A stretch of DNA of 64,000 bases from the human T2T-CHM13v2.0 reference genome, Homo sapiens: the NCBI RefSeq assembly GCF_009914755.1, contig NC_060926.1. One strand, given 5' to 3'. How positions within the stretch are numbered: the stretch's first letter is position 1; every line of letters begins with the position of its first letter. Positions 44,752-60,590 of the stretch are shown in pieces. The position numbers and the translations under genes are program-made. Below the pieces are notes generated by a model. The model was not told where the DNA came from. It was given only the letters and a program-made list of their open reading frames with translations, and made no database searches.

Positions 44752-44934
44752 AAAGGGGCCACCATGTACAGTTGTACAGACTGTGGCCTGCACAAGAATG
44801 CCCAAGTGAGACAGCAGGTATCTACCTCTGCTCACCCAGCTATGAGTGAGCTGGCACTGGGCTGTATCTACTTAGAGCAAGAAGACCCTTTTAAAATTTG
44901 CACAAAGCCATTCTAAGGGCTACCAGCAACTCTG
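44752..44934. mobile_element. MER91A-like hAT-Tip100 fossil
   Basis: 'aggggccaccatgtacagttgtacagactgtggcctgcacaag...aatttgcacaaag...ggctaccagcaactctg'. Confidence 0.6.
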
Positions 44935-45416
44935 GTCACATTCCTTCCCTCCTGAAAGCAGTACCCACTCCCTTCTCTGGAGCTACAATGGCTATCAAAG
45001 AACATGATTTACAGGGAAGAGGAAGGATGTACACATTGCTTAATGTTTCAAAACATGATCCACATTTTAGAGGCTGAAGCACTTTGAGACCAAAAGGGGT
45101 TTTGGTGGTCAGCACCTGCTCTGCTTTTGTCATGAACTCAGCCCTGGTCTAGATGGGGGGTGAAGGCAGGGTAGGATGTAAGACAGGACTCCTAGAGGAG
45201 AACTCATGTGACTTCCAGTGAGCAGTACTGGAAAGCATGAAGTCAAGCACCAGTTGACCAGTTCAGGCTTTTGTTCTGTGGAGCTACAGGGTGAACACAG
45301 GCCGTGAGATCTGGGGCATGCAGAGAAGGTTGGCATCTGTGTCCGGAAAACAGGTGGGGAGGGCCCTGCTGGCCTCATAAGTGTAGCACAATCCAAGTTC
45401 TCATTTCAGAAATCTT

Positions 45417-45745
45417 GGCTAGGCACAGTGCCTGGGTTGGGTGCAGTGGCTCATGCCTGTAATCCCAACACTTTGGGAGGCCAAGGCGGGTGTATCACCC
45501 AAGGTTAGGAGTTCAAGGCTAGCCTAGCAAATGTGGTGAAACCCTGTCTCTACTAAAAATACAAAAATTAGCTAGAGGTGGTGCTGCATGTCTGTAATCC
45601 CAGCTACTCAGTAGGCTGAACCAGGAGAATCGCTTGAACCCAGGAGGCAGAGGTTGCAGTGACCAGAGATCGTGCCTGTGCACTCTAGCCTAGGTGACAA
45701 AGCAAGACTCTGTTTCAAAAAAAAAGAAAAGAAAAGAAAAAAGAA
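45417..45745 (+). mobile_element. AluSx-like with duplicated 5' start
   Basis: Full Alu; TSD-like aaatctt on both sides. Confidence 0.92.
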
Positions 45746-47344
45746 AATCTTCATCATGCTTAAGCTTTTCTCTATTACATCTACTTCCAATTCCCTCTTA
45801 AAAAAGAAAAGTGAAGGAAAACTAAGTTTCTGGAGTTCTTCATATCTGTACCTAGAACAGGAGGTTTCCTGCTCGCCTCTAGCAAGAAAACAAGATGCTG
45901 CCACAGATTTCAACTCAACTTGTTTTTCGTGGTCAGAAGAAATTCAAACATGATTATTAAAATAAAGATTTCAAGTGGAAAAAACAATAATGCTGAGCAA
46001 CTGTGGGTTTAATCCCACCTCCTCCATGTGACACAGACCTGCCTTCAGTTTGTCCTCCAGCCCCCAGCCCCCCAGAAGACGAGGGGGTATCTACAGACCC
46101 ACTTTATTTGGCTGGTGTCCATAATATGGACATCTGAGCCATTATGGCCAGCCCTCCCTTTTATTTCACCTCAGATATATTCTTCAGGCTTCAAGGGTCA
46201 TGCATTTGAATGCGCGCCGCTGATACACCTGTTGGTTGCCCAAAGGTAATTTGTGCCATTCAGTGCAATCAGTTCACTGAGAAGTAGCTTTGTAATCAGC
46301 ATAATGGTCCTCCAAAAATCCCACAGACCAAGGAAGGGTCAGGCCATGTAATTGAAGAGGATGCAGACTTGGGAGATTCACAGGAACTGAAGAATGACCT
46401 TGTTTTTGGTGAACTAGGGTCGATATCTACTTTGATCCTATAAATAAATCTATTTCTAAATCTATGCAATGCCCATAAATATTATAGATTGTTTCTGATG
46501 AAGTCAGAGAGAGAGGCAGAGAGAGAAAGAAGACAGAATAAAATGCTTTGCTATTAAGGATGATAAAAGGTATATTTATGGTCTTTCTCAGGAGATGTTT
46601 TTGGGTGCTTTTTCCTTTTTCTGTATTTATCAGGATAGATGCACTATGAAAAAATAATGCAATACATAAATTCTAGTTATATTAGCATAAAAATGAAAAG
46701 TAATCACAGAAAATGATTACAGTATAAGTATGCTTATAAATTCAATGTTTTTCTTTGTAAAAGATGTGGTGCATGATTTCCAGTGGAAAAAAACAACATG
46801 TTTATTTCATACCTTAAAGTGGACTTTTTTTTAACATAAAAAAGGGAAGAATACCTAGGATGCTTAAGGTAAGTTAATATAATTACAATTAGCCTGAGCA
46901 ACTCTCCCTACTGCTCTGAAGCACTCACTAACATTTAACAGAAATGCCAGGTCTGATGGGCTAGAAAATGAGAATAGTAATATTCATGCTTGCTCTGCCC
47001 ATCCCACAGGGTTATTCTAGAAGATAAAATGAGCCAGTAGTGTGTGTAATGCAGGTCCAACTCAGCACCAGCACAGAGACTTTTCTTTCCCTTCTATCCC
47101 AGCACTCTGGTCATCAAGACCCAACACCATCTGTGTGTGGAATGAGGGGTACAAGCGTCAAGTCATTGAAAAGGATTCGCATCCACACAAGAGTTTGGAT
47201 GAAGCTTAGCAAAGCCTCAGAGATGTGCCAGCTTTCTTCCAATGGGCAATCCAGAAGCCCTGTGCAGGCAGCTGTGGATGGAAGGAATATTCCCCGGGTG
47301 CTGAGCCAACAGCTAACATGTCTCCTACTCCAGACTGACCTGTG

Positions 47345-47358
47345 GCGCCACCTCGTAG
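47345..47358 (-). promoter_or_regulatory. Candidate CTCF core motif
   Basis: Reverse complement CTACGAGGTGGCGC vs consensus CCASYAGRKGGCRS (2 mismatches); motif match only. Confidence 0.3.
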
Positions 47359-48329
47359 TGTGACAGTGAGAGGAAATAAAAGATCAGCATTTTTAAGATT
47401 TCATCTAGAAAAAGATGTACACTTTTGTCCCTTCAGTTTCTCCCTCTCCCCCACTTTATCAATGGCCTTCTTTCATTACTGGCCCAGTTTCCAGGTTCCC
47501 TGAGGCAGAATCGGGTAAATGGATAAGACAAAAACAAGATCAGAAAGGTGAAAGGCAGTCGGGAGGCGCCCTGAGGACTAGGGCCACCGAGGCTGAGACT
47601 TGGAGAAGAGAGCTGATCAGAAAGTGAAGAGGAGCCATCAAGAAAGGGAGAAGCTCTGGATCGCCTGGTGAGGAACCGAGTCCCTCAAAGACGTTTCTAC
47701 AGGTTGTAAACTGAATCACAAAGTAAAATCATGGGATCACTGGAAGATAAAAGTTCTTTCAAAAATGCAATTAAAGATGTGAATGGCTCTTTGATTGCTT
47801 TTGGATGCTAGACTGAGTTTCTTTGGATGATACACTGAGCAGCCCTGGGCCACGGGAGGCTGTGGTGTTTGTTCAGGTGTTTATTCAGGCTCTCTGGCCA
47901 GGGTGTCTTTTCATGGCCTCTACATTGTCTGAATGGTAACATTTCACTGACAAAACTCAAACGATCACTCTAGTAAGATTTTAGTAATGAGGCCTACCTA
48001 ATGTGCCCCCAAAAATTCCTATAACACAGCTAGAAACTCTTTCAGATCCCCACAATGGTGTGGAAGGCAAAATATTCTGTTTTCTGCATGAAAGTGGGGG
48101 TTTCTCAGGATACAAAGTGCAAGATAAGCCAGTAGAAATTAATATGGTACTCATGAGTCTTCTTTATTTCCAGGTACAACCATAGACTTTTTTAAACTTT
48201 AGCTAAGTCGTCCTTTATACTTCTCCCAAGGATATAGTAAGAGAATATGTTAGATTACCATTTGTATCTGCAGCAATTGTGCCATATTGAACATTTTATT
48301 ACAATAAGCAATATTATCACAAGGCTGGT

Positions 48330-48390
48330 GTATCAGGGTTCTGGACACCTCATGGCCCCGTCAAGTTGTCACATAAAATTAACCATCACA
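48330..48390 (-). mobile_element. MLT2 LTR terminal fragment
   Basis: 'gtcaagttgtcacataaaattaaccatcaca'. Confidence 0.65.
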
Positions 48391-49699
48391 GCTGGATTTA
48401 TAAAATTATAAATAAAGCCGTATTCTCATTCTATAGAATACAGCGTAAGACACACCTCTGCTTGTTAGCCTGAGAACCAACCAGGAATTCATCTTTTGGG
48501 GCAAGGGCATACCTGGAGTTGAGGGATTCCCCTCACAGATATTTTCCTGTCTCTTCTGAAGGGCCAGTCTTCTCGGGAGTTGAAGTGAGTGGTTGCTAAG
48601 TGTGGAGTCAGCAGTAGACTGGGAACAGGAGGGCAGAGGGCCTGGCAAGAGCCCATGGGGGTTTCCCGGGGTTTCCAAAGAGGCTTCCAGTTGGGTGTCC
48701 ACCAGATCACACCCACAGAAACCACTTCTTCCCTCCAGAAACTTCCCAGACCTCTTACCACCACACAAGGGATTTAAGAACTGAACAATCTTTTGGGGAT
48801 GTCCAGTAAAGGGAATGGTGAGGCGGCTCCAAAAGGAAACAAAGGGAGTGTTTAGCTGGTTGGTGAGCTCAGGTATCAGTCCCAGAGAGCCGATTTCTCT
48901 GCTTTGCTTTGTCTGTTAGTACTCATTTTGCTTTGCAACCAGAAACACATTTCAGTTTGAAATTGTACCCAGGCTGCACCCTCCCTCTCCGACGTTAGGG
49001 TGCACCCACTCTTCTCAGGCCCAATCAGGCAGCGATGTGCCTTGCATCCAGACAAGGAGTAAATATCATTCTGGAGCCCTCAGTGAATATCATTCTGGAG
49101 TAATAGCTTCTTCATAATAAGGACTTACAAGTAACTCATTACCTCCTCACCAGCCAAAAATACTCATTTCTCCAGGGCACATCTACAAGACGGTAAGTAA
49201 ATACGGGAGGAAAGAAGTGCTTTACAAGGACATACGCATTAATTTCTTTTCATGGAAACCGGTTTGACAAACTGATAGTTCTGCCCTGATTCTTCAGTGG
49301 GTGCATTCCTGGTTGATTAACTCTCAAAACAAACAAGATGTTGGCATGCTAACTAGTTGCCCGGTCCCCAAGGTAGAACTAATTTCTCTTTCTCTCTTTA
49401 TTGCTTGGCATGCATTGTACATCTCTTCTGGTTATAGGTCTTGTGGTGTAATTATTTAGGTACACATCTTATCTTCCTCACTATGTTGTAAGCTCCTTGA
49501 TCTTTGTGATGATTCATCTTTACACCTTGCACAGCACTTAGTACAGGGCTTCCCTTTCAGTAATCGCTCTATAAATATAAGCAATGTAAAGATAATGTGT
49601 ATTTGCCATGCAAAAGCCAATTCATACATACTGAGCAGCCTTTAAGTACCCAGCATCGTGCTGTCCCTGTGAAAGGACATGGTTTCCAACAAGCAGAGA

Positions 49700-50160
49700 G
49701 ACACTTGTAACAACATGGATGAACCCGAGGATGTTATGCTAAGTGAAATAAGCCAGACACAAAAAGAAAAATACTATATGATCGCATGTAAATGCAGAAC
49801 CTTTTTCTAATAAAAACAGTTGAATAAATAGAAACAGAGTCAAATGGTAGTTACCAGGGGCAGAAAGGGAGAGGAGATTGGGAGAAATAGGTCAAAGAGT
49901 ACAAATTTGCAATTATGTAGGATGAATAAGTCTGTAGATGTAATGTACAGCATGAAGACTACAGTTACAAATATTGTATTATATACCAAAAGTTTGCTAA
50001 GAGAGTAGATTTTAGCTGCTGTTAACACACAGACACACAAAAGGTAACTATGGAAGATGATGGATTTGTTTGACTATAGTAATTATTTCACTGATTATAT
50101 GTGTATCAAAATATGTTGTGTACCTTAAATATATACAATAAGAAATACATTTTTAAATAA
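49700..50160 (+). mobile_element. L1MA-like 3' end
   Basis: 'caacatggatgaacccgaggatgttatgctaagtgaaataagccagacaca...gtaccttaaatatatacaat'. Confidence 0.85.
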
Positions 50161-51178
50161 ATAAAATATGATCATTCTAGTGAAATGACAGTTACTTGCA
50201 CACAGAACAACTAGATATTACATGTAGACATTATTAGTGAGATACGTTCTGTTTCAGTTAGTGTTTTCTTGAGTTTAGTGCAAAGATAAATACTAAAAAT
50301 TATTCAAAATAAGGGATCCAATATTATACAATACATAGGCTCTAAAAATATTCCTGTAGTGCACTGAGAAGTACCAATATATGTGTAGGAAAATAAGTTA
50401 GCAAATATAACTTAACAAGCAAGATAATTCTATTTTGGTAGAAACTATATTCATTAAGAATGAGGGTTTTAACCTGATTTTAAAGTTCTTTTATAAGACA
50501 AGCAATAATAGCAGGAAAAACCCTTTTAGAAACTTTACATGTTTAAAAAAAAACACAAGCAAGGTTAGGAGGAATAAAAACTCCAAAAAAAGGATAAATA
50601 TGTGTGGAAGGGGTAGTATTACCAGATATTAAAATATATTATAAAGCCTCTATAATTAAAACTGTGTGGATTTGGTACATGAAGAGATTGATGACACACC
50701 AGTGGAAAGAAACAGAAAATGTAGAAATCGAATTAGTTTCATGTAAGAATTTAAAGTTTGATAAACTTGGCGTCTCAAATCAGTGAGGGAAAATGTATGT
50801 TTTAGAAAATGGTAAAGGATAACCGGAGAATGACAAGGATTAATGTAAAATTGCATCCATTCCTCACACCACATACCAGGATAAATTCCAGATAGATAGG
50901 AGACTTAAACATAAAAAATAAAATCATATAATAAGTAGAAGAAAACATTGGTGAATTTTAATCTGGGAGTGGAAAAACTTTCCTAACTACAACTCAAATA
51001 TCTAGGAACAATGAGGGAAAAGGATTGATATTTGATATTTTTCTAAATAAATAAAATAAGATTATGCTAGTGAAATGAAAGTTACTTATACACAGAACAA
51101 CCAGATATTACATGTAGAGGTTATCAGTGAGATACCTTCTGTTAGTATCTTTTCCAGTTTAGTGTAGAAACAAACAGG

Positions 51179-54006
<2,828 letters not shown>

Positions 54007-54489
54007 TTAGTATTCTCAATATATTTGATGATATAAAAGAATCATTGTCAACTTTTTAGGTGTGATGCTGCTGTTGTGGTTATGTTTTCAAAAAAACAGT
54101 ATTTATTGTTTAGAGACAGTTATTTAAATATTTATGGTTGAAATCATATGCTGTCTTGAATTTGCTTTAAAATAATAAGAGATGAGAGAATAGATAAAAT
54201 TAGAGTGGCTATATTGAAATTATTGAAGGTGAATGATAGGTACATAGAGGCCCATTATACTATTCTCTCTCCTTTTCCACATATTTGAAATTCTCCATAC
54301 TTAAAAAGATAAAACATTTTTGGAAGAAAATCTATATAAAGCACACAAGTAGCTTTCAATAAATGTCAACTCCTCTCATTACAGTCATGCTCAATACGTG
54401 TGTGAGCATGAATGGAATTTGAACACAGTCATACACATTTAGCCTAATAAGTTCTTACCTGTTCTATTTTTTAAGTAAAAGCTATCATC

Positions 54490-55650
54490 TCTATTATCAT
54501 GGCTAACTAGATGCTCTGAGCAACTCCCCTACTGCAAAACAATAAATCCTATTGAGGATACACTCTAAGACATGACTACTTTCACGAGAGATAGAGGATG
54601 TGTTCAGAGATCCTTCTCTAAGCTCCAAAAACTCACCTTAGATAAGAGGTGCCAAGAGCTGGGGCAGCTGGAAGGGACAGAGTTAACTAACTCTGGTTGA
54701 CTTAGTTAACCAGTCTAGTTAACTAAGACTGGTTGAGCAATAGCATGGCCCTCTATGGCAGAGGAAAAAAACTCCACATTTCCTGGACTAGCTGAGATCT
54801 TCCGTGGGAGGGGTAGTATTACCAGTTATTAAAATATATTATAAAGTTTCTATAATTAAAACTCTGTGGTTTAGCTATGTGAAGAGAGTGAGAACAGACC
54901 AAGGGGCTCTCAGGTATAGAGCCCCACTGGTCACCAGCAGAATCAAATCATATCTGGGGTAAACTTTTCCAATATTCAATTTATCTCTCACTAATTAAGA
55001 TCAAGTAATGAATGCACAATCAAAGATCAACAAACTCACACAAATGCAAGCCACTCCAAGAGGTGACAGAAACAACCAAAACAAAAATCAAACCAAAAAA
55101 GAAAAACAAAAACAGATATGGGCCCTTTTAGACTTAGATATTGGAACTATTAGATACAGAATATAGAACAGCCATGTATAAAATGTACAAAATTGTAAAG
55201 GATTCAATTACAACTATAACCAATTGATAAAATACTATGAGGAAATGAATAGACAAATTTAATTTTTTTAACTGAAAACTTTGGAAGTAAAAAATAAAAT
55301 TTTGTAACATAAATCTTAATCAAAGACTGCAGCATCAGTTTACTGTTCAAAGAAGAGACAAATAGTGCACTGGAAGAGGTCTATTTTAAAAATTACCAAA
55401 ATTTTAGCACAAAGTAATAAGAAAAAGGTGAAAAATTATATAGAGGGTAGAAAGAGAAGCAGTAATATACATCACACGAGAATCCCAGAAAAAGCAAAGT
55501 TAAATGAGAAGAGATAACATTTACAGAGATAATAGCTATCAAAATTTTCCAGAATTAATGAAAACCATGAATCCGCAGATCTAGGAACAAAAATTAATAC
55601 CAAGCATCATAAACAAAAAGAAATCCATGCCATCATAGTGAAACTGCATA
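54490..55650 (+). mobile_element. Old L1M 5'/ORF1 region
   Basis: 'gagataatagctatcaaaattttccagaattaatgaaaaccatgaatccgcagatctaggaa...catcatagtgaaactgca' resembles L1 ORF1. Confidence 0.65.
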
Positions 55651-58600
55651 TCACAGGTTGGATTGTCTGCAAGTAGATGGTGAGGCAAGATATTTATTAG
55701 GGATTAACACCTGTGAAAGGGCAAAGGGAGAAATTCAACTGCAATGCGGACACAGAGCCTAGGCCAAATCCAAGGAGGGCACTGGTGCATTTACAACCTG
55801 TCAGGATTGTCCTGCAGTGGACCCAAATAATCAGGCCTTTAGACCCCCACCAAGATAAATCACTGGATGTGGGCCAACCCAGAATGGGTATACCTGGGGC
55901 CAAGTGACTCTCGGTTCTTGAGGCAAACATAGTTGGAGACTATCTGCTGATTCCCAGCACCTACTACAAAAATATCCCTGTTGAAGACGCATCTGGGCAG
56001 GCATCTTTATATCCGCCGCCATAGTCCACCCCTTGCACCACTCAAATCTATTTCTTTATATGCATTCAGCTCTTCCAGGATCAAAGTGTGCTTGTCTTTC
56101 TGCAGGAAACTTGGTATGGTTAACAGGACAAACGACTGCCACTACAGCTGGACATAAGGATGCAACTGATACCCATTATCTACCTCCTAGACTATCCATT
56201 CTGGATTTCCCCACCCTTAACTATGAGCTCTGCTGTCTTGGTGGCTAATGTCCTGGTGTGATGCAGACCATCCGTAAAGGATCTGAGCCCTTGGTCACCA
56301 TGTCCTTCTCAGTGGGAGTTGCTGAACTTACCCACTTGCCAATAGAGATGAGCAAAGGAGTGCCCAAAAGCACCTATGTGGATCACTTGGGTAATGCAAC
56401 CCATTTATCTGCTCCCACTGTATAACAGCGGATCTCCCTCATTTAATTTTGGAGGGCAGGTTTCAGCATACCCCTGATCACAGGAATCCCAAAATGTTTA
56501 CCCATGTGGCAGGCCCCTCGATCTTCACAGTGCTTATCTCCTACCCTCTGCAGCATGTGTGTCTTAACTGAAGCCTCCAGTTGCATCTTGCTCATCCAGT
56601 CCAACTCATCCAGCCTGATTAGCACAGTATCATCGAGCTACTGAATCCATGTGATGTTTTGTAAACGAAGATTGCTTCAGACTCTGTCATGATGGAGGGC
56701 ATAAAAGAACACAACCCGGGACAACACTGTAAAACTATGTTAGTGTATCACTGCCCATTCCATGTGCATGTGAACTCTTTATGATCCTCTTTTTGATCAG
56801 AATAGAAAGAACATATTCACCAAATTAGGAGCTGCATACGATGTATCTGAGGCCATGTTAATCTGCCGTAGCAAAGAGGCCAGAACAGGCACAGGAGCTG
56901 CAATTAGGGATAGTAGTGGGTTGGCTTTGGGGTAGTCTACTGTTATCCTCCCAGAATCTGGGTTCTTCCGGCACAAGACTGGTGACTTCAATGAAGAAGT
57001 GATGGGCATCTCCCCGCTACCCACTCACTCATTCTCTAGATTAGGGCTGGCAAGCTATGAGCTGACCTGTTTTATAAATAAAAGTTTTTTGGAACACAGA
57101 CATGCATGCTCATTTGTTTATGTATTGCTCATGGCTGCTCTCTGCTACAAAAGTAAAGTCATTGCAACAGAGACATCTAGCCCACAAAACATAAAATATT
57201 TACCATCTGGCCCTTACAAAGATAGTTTGCCAACCCCACTTTAGTTCCATAAAGGTGGCATTAACCTCCACTCTTATCACCACTCCTCCAGAATTATTGT
57301 TCTTGATTTACTGTCATGGCTGAGAAGAGGAGCAGTTTTTAAGGCCTCCATTTCACCTTCCCTACAGGCAAAAGACCCAACATGGGGATTATTCCAACTG
57401 CTGTGTATATGAATTTTATTGTACATTCTGGAACCAAAGAAATGACCAATGGAGCAGTTGAGTCTATAGGCCAGGAGGCCCACTGTAAGTTAACTTTAGC
57501 CAGGAGTTTTTTACCTGGCCCTAATGTGTTCCATGCTAATGAGCCATGAAAACACCCTCCATCCAATAGTTCCCAAAATATTTGGGTTTTTCCCTTTCCC
57601 ATGTATATAATTATCTGAGTAAATGGCCATAGGTTCCTGTGGGGAAGTGCTGAGGGAACCATCACCACGTATACTCATCATGGTGTTGCCCAATTCTTTC
57701 TCTTGGGGACCTGGCCTTATTGTCAGTTTCTAGGCTCTAGGTTTGGCACAGGTCTGGGGGAAATGCAAGAGACTTTGTATTGAGGCAACTGCCCTTGGTA
57801 TCCTGGTCATTATCTCTGATTTTTTCTGACAGTACAAGCTGAGCAGTGGTCTTGTCAGCTGCCCACCTATTTTGCATCTAAGAATATCATGTTCCATTAA
57901 GCATCTTCATAATTCTCTGTAGGGAAGGCTTCCTTGGCTGCCACTCCACACTCACCACTCATTGCAAACCACTGTGTCCACTGAGCCTCTATGGTGTCAG
58001 GGTCCTAGCATCCCCATTGTTATCCGCAAGCCTCAGTCTGTACTGACCTCTCCTACTCCAGCTCCAGACTGCAGAGGAGAGCCACCACTGAACATGTTAG
58101 TGATGCTGGTGCCCCCTCACCAGCAATTCTTTGTTGATAGTATATCCTCTAGGCATTCCCATGATGAACCTTCATTCCTGCTTCACCAAGCCTTTTCATT
58201 GTTTCCTCAACTATCTGTCATGACAATTTGAGCATTTCAACGGCATGTGGATCATCTCTTTTTCTATGTTTCTGGGAGCCACTCTAATAGCAAGCCAGCC
58301 CTGTCTCCTGAGGTCCTTGCCATGGTATTAAATCCTGTAGCTCAGGAGAGTAATCTCAAATCAATTTATTCTCTCCTACTCAAGCTTATGCTCTTGTCAG
58401 TTGGTCAACCTCCCTCAGAATCTAACCATTCCTTGAAAATCTCTGCCTTCCTATGGGAGCATGCTAGCAAGTCTTGAAGCTCCTTCTGGGACATGATCCC
58501 TCTCTTTCCTATGAGTCCCCTAACATTCTTCATCTGATGAATGCTACAACTTAACCCTCACTATATAGGCAGAGTGGTTAGGAGGGAAGGTAGGGGCAGA

Positions 58601-59355
58601 TTCTGAGGGGGTACATGTCATCATGTTTGGGAGAGACCTCTACATTTTCTCTAAAAAGGGCAGTGTGCTAATTCTTCATAGGAGAAGGTGGTGAGACACT
58701 TCTGAAGGTTCCAAGAGTTCAGAAGTCTGGGCACTTGAAATATTAGGGGTGATTTACCAAGATGTCTGCATCCCAAAAGTGGGGCCCATTTTTCCCCAAA
58801 CAGGACCTGACGTTAGTATAACAGACCTGTGTTGGTTGAAGTTTAACCTTCTCTGGAGCTTGGTCCCTTAAGTCCTGGGCTGGGGACTGGTCTGCAGCTT
58901 TCTCTGTGTTTTGCTGCAGAAGAAGAGAGCCCCATTATAAGCTGCCAGAGAAGCCCTCTGTCTTTCAATCCTAGCTTTTCAGTTGCTCATCAGTCACTTG
59001 CAGCTTTTTCTTACCTCTTCCTGGGGCATCAACAGTTCTTAGCTATAGCCATCTAATCCCATTGCCCTCACGGTTTCTATTTACATATTTCTCAAGTGCC
59101 TAGCATGTCAGTGTCATGACAGCTAGTGTAGTACACTGCTCCAGTACACCATCCCAATCCACCTCTGGTGAGAAGGTTAACCACTGGACTGCCACTTTGC
59201 GCCAGGTGCCATATGGACTCCTCCTACCATAGTGATGAAGGCCCCATTGCCACCAGGGAGGTGTGTGACCCAGCTTCAAAACCTCATCTTATCACTGGTT
59301 TTTCTCAGACCACCCCTAGCAACAACTGTCTCAGGTTGGGTTACCTCTGCAGAAG
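55650..59355 (-). mobile_element. Degenerate ERVL-class provirus (LTR ~55650-56020, pol/pro/gag remnants, truncated second LTR ~59327)
   Basis: Minus-strand RT-like 'KNPDSGRITVDYPKANPLLSLIAAPVP..LLRQINMASDTSYAAPNLVNMFF' (56797-57024) and protease-like 'WPFTQIIIYMGKGKTQIFWELLD' (57339-57668). Confidence 0.8.
57042..57238 (-). mobile_element. MER58A-like hAT MITE nested in ERVL pol
   Basis: 'gttttataaataaaagttttttggaacacag...aaaatatttaccatctggcccttacaaagatagtttgccaacccc'. Confidence 0.85.
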
Positions 59356-60022
59356 AGTTGGGAGCTACATAGAGGAGGAGTAAACAGATTTACGGGAATT
59401 ATAGTTAATGTTCAGGTTCTTTGGTGGCGTGGCAGATTCACTGTTGTCATATTACCTAGTAATTTATATATAATCTTTTAGGTATAGCTAATGAAATTTT
59501 TTAAAGATAAGGCAAAAATAAATTGCTTATTACTTGTTTATATTGGATAACATCTTATGCTACCACAATTAGAAAATTATGAAAAAGCATTGCTACAATT
59601 AAAAATTTGTTCTAGGCTTCCAAATACTTTAAGTCAGTTTATGTGCTTTTTCTTGTTGTTGTTGTTGTTGGAAGTACATGTGGTATGTTGGAATTAAATG
59701 AGAATAGTGGTAGTTCATTATCTTTGTCACTTTTTATTGTACTTTTGTCTTGATAGTTGGTTTTGATTAGAAAACGGCTCAATTATCTTTTAAGAAATAT
59801 AGTCTGCTTTAACTTTTAACCAATTACTATTTTAAGTCTCCATTTTGAGGTACAAATAGAGACTGATAAATTTCTATAAGAAGTCATCTTAACAAAGTTC
59901 TGAGACAACATTCTCAATATAATATACATTAGTTTCCTAGGTCAAGCTCTAATAAATTATTTGTGCTGATCTTGCTTCATTAGGTTTCCTCTTCCCAGAA
60001 ATTTTGTTGCAATATTAATGTA

Positions 60023-60101
60023 TTAGCTAGTGCAAAAGTAGTTGCAGCCGTTGCCACTAAAAGGAATAGCCAAAACCGCAATTATTTTTGCACCAATCTA
60101 A
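60023..60101. mobile_element. MADE1 (Hsmar1-derived mariner MITE)
   Basis: ~80-bp palindrome ttagctagtgcaaaagtagttgc...gcaattatttttgcaccaatctaa flanked by TA. Confidence 0.88.
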
Positions 60102-60249
60102 TAATAATTATTGTCAATTCTTTGCATGATGGAATACTTAAAATTGGTAATATTTTGTCTGGGCCAGAGTTACTAACTAAAATCATGGATGACTGGGTTT
60201 TTTTTTAAGCAAGAAAGTAAATGATCACATTTTGTAAAAATGTATCTAT

Positions 60250-60590
60250 TATATGGATAATAGATAAGAAGGAAGAGTGTAGGAAGGGAAGGAGAGAATC
60301 AATGGGAACTCATGCCAAAGTCAAGGGTAAAAATAGTGTCTGAATCAGACAATGACAATGATAATGGAGAGGGAGAATGGAATTAAAAACTTTTTGGATA
60401 TATCCTGGGGAAGGACTTGGTGGTCAATTAGATATAAAGGACAAGGACTACTCAAGGGTAACTCAAGTTTCTTGTCAGGTTGACAGGGTGGAAATGGTGC
60501 CATCAGCACAGATTAGTAAGCAACGATGAATCAACAGGTTTGGCAGGAAAAGAATTAACTCAAGCTTTAGCCATGTTGATTGTGAGAGGT
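60250..60590 (-). mobile_element. L2 fragment
   Basis: 'aggacttggtggtcaattagatata...caagggtaactcaagtttctt...aatggtgccatcagcacagat'. Confidence 0.6.

Noticed and set aside
60023-60101. 80-bp hairpin as a novel miRNA or ncRNA
   Set aside because: Explained by the palindromic MADE1 MITE.
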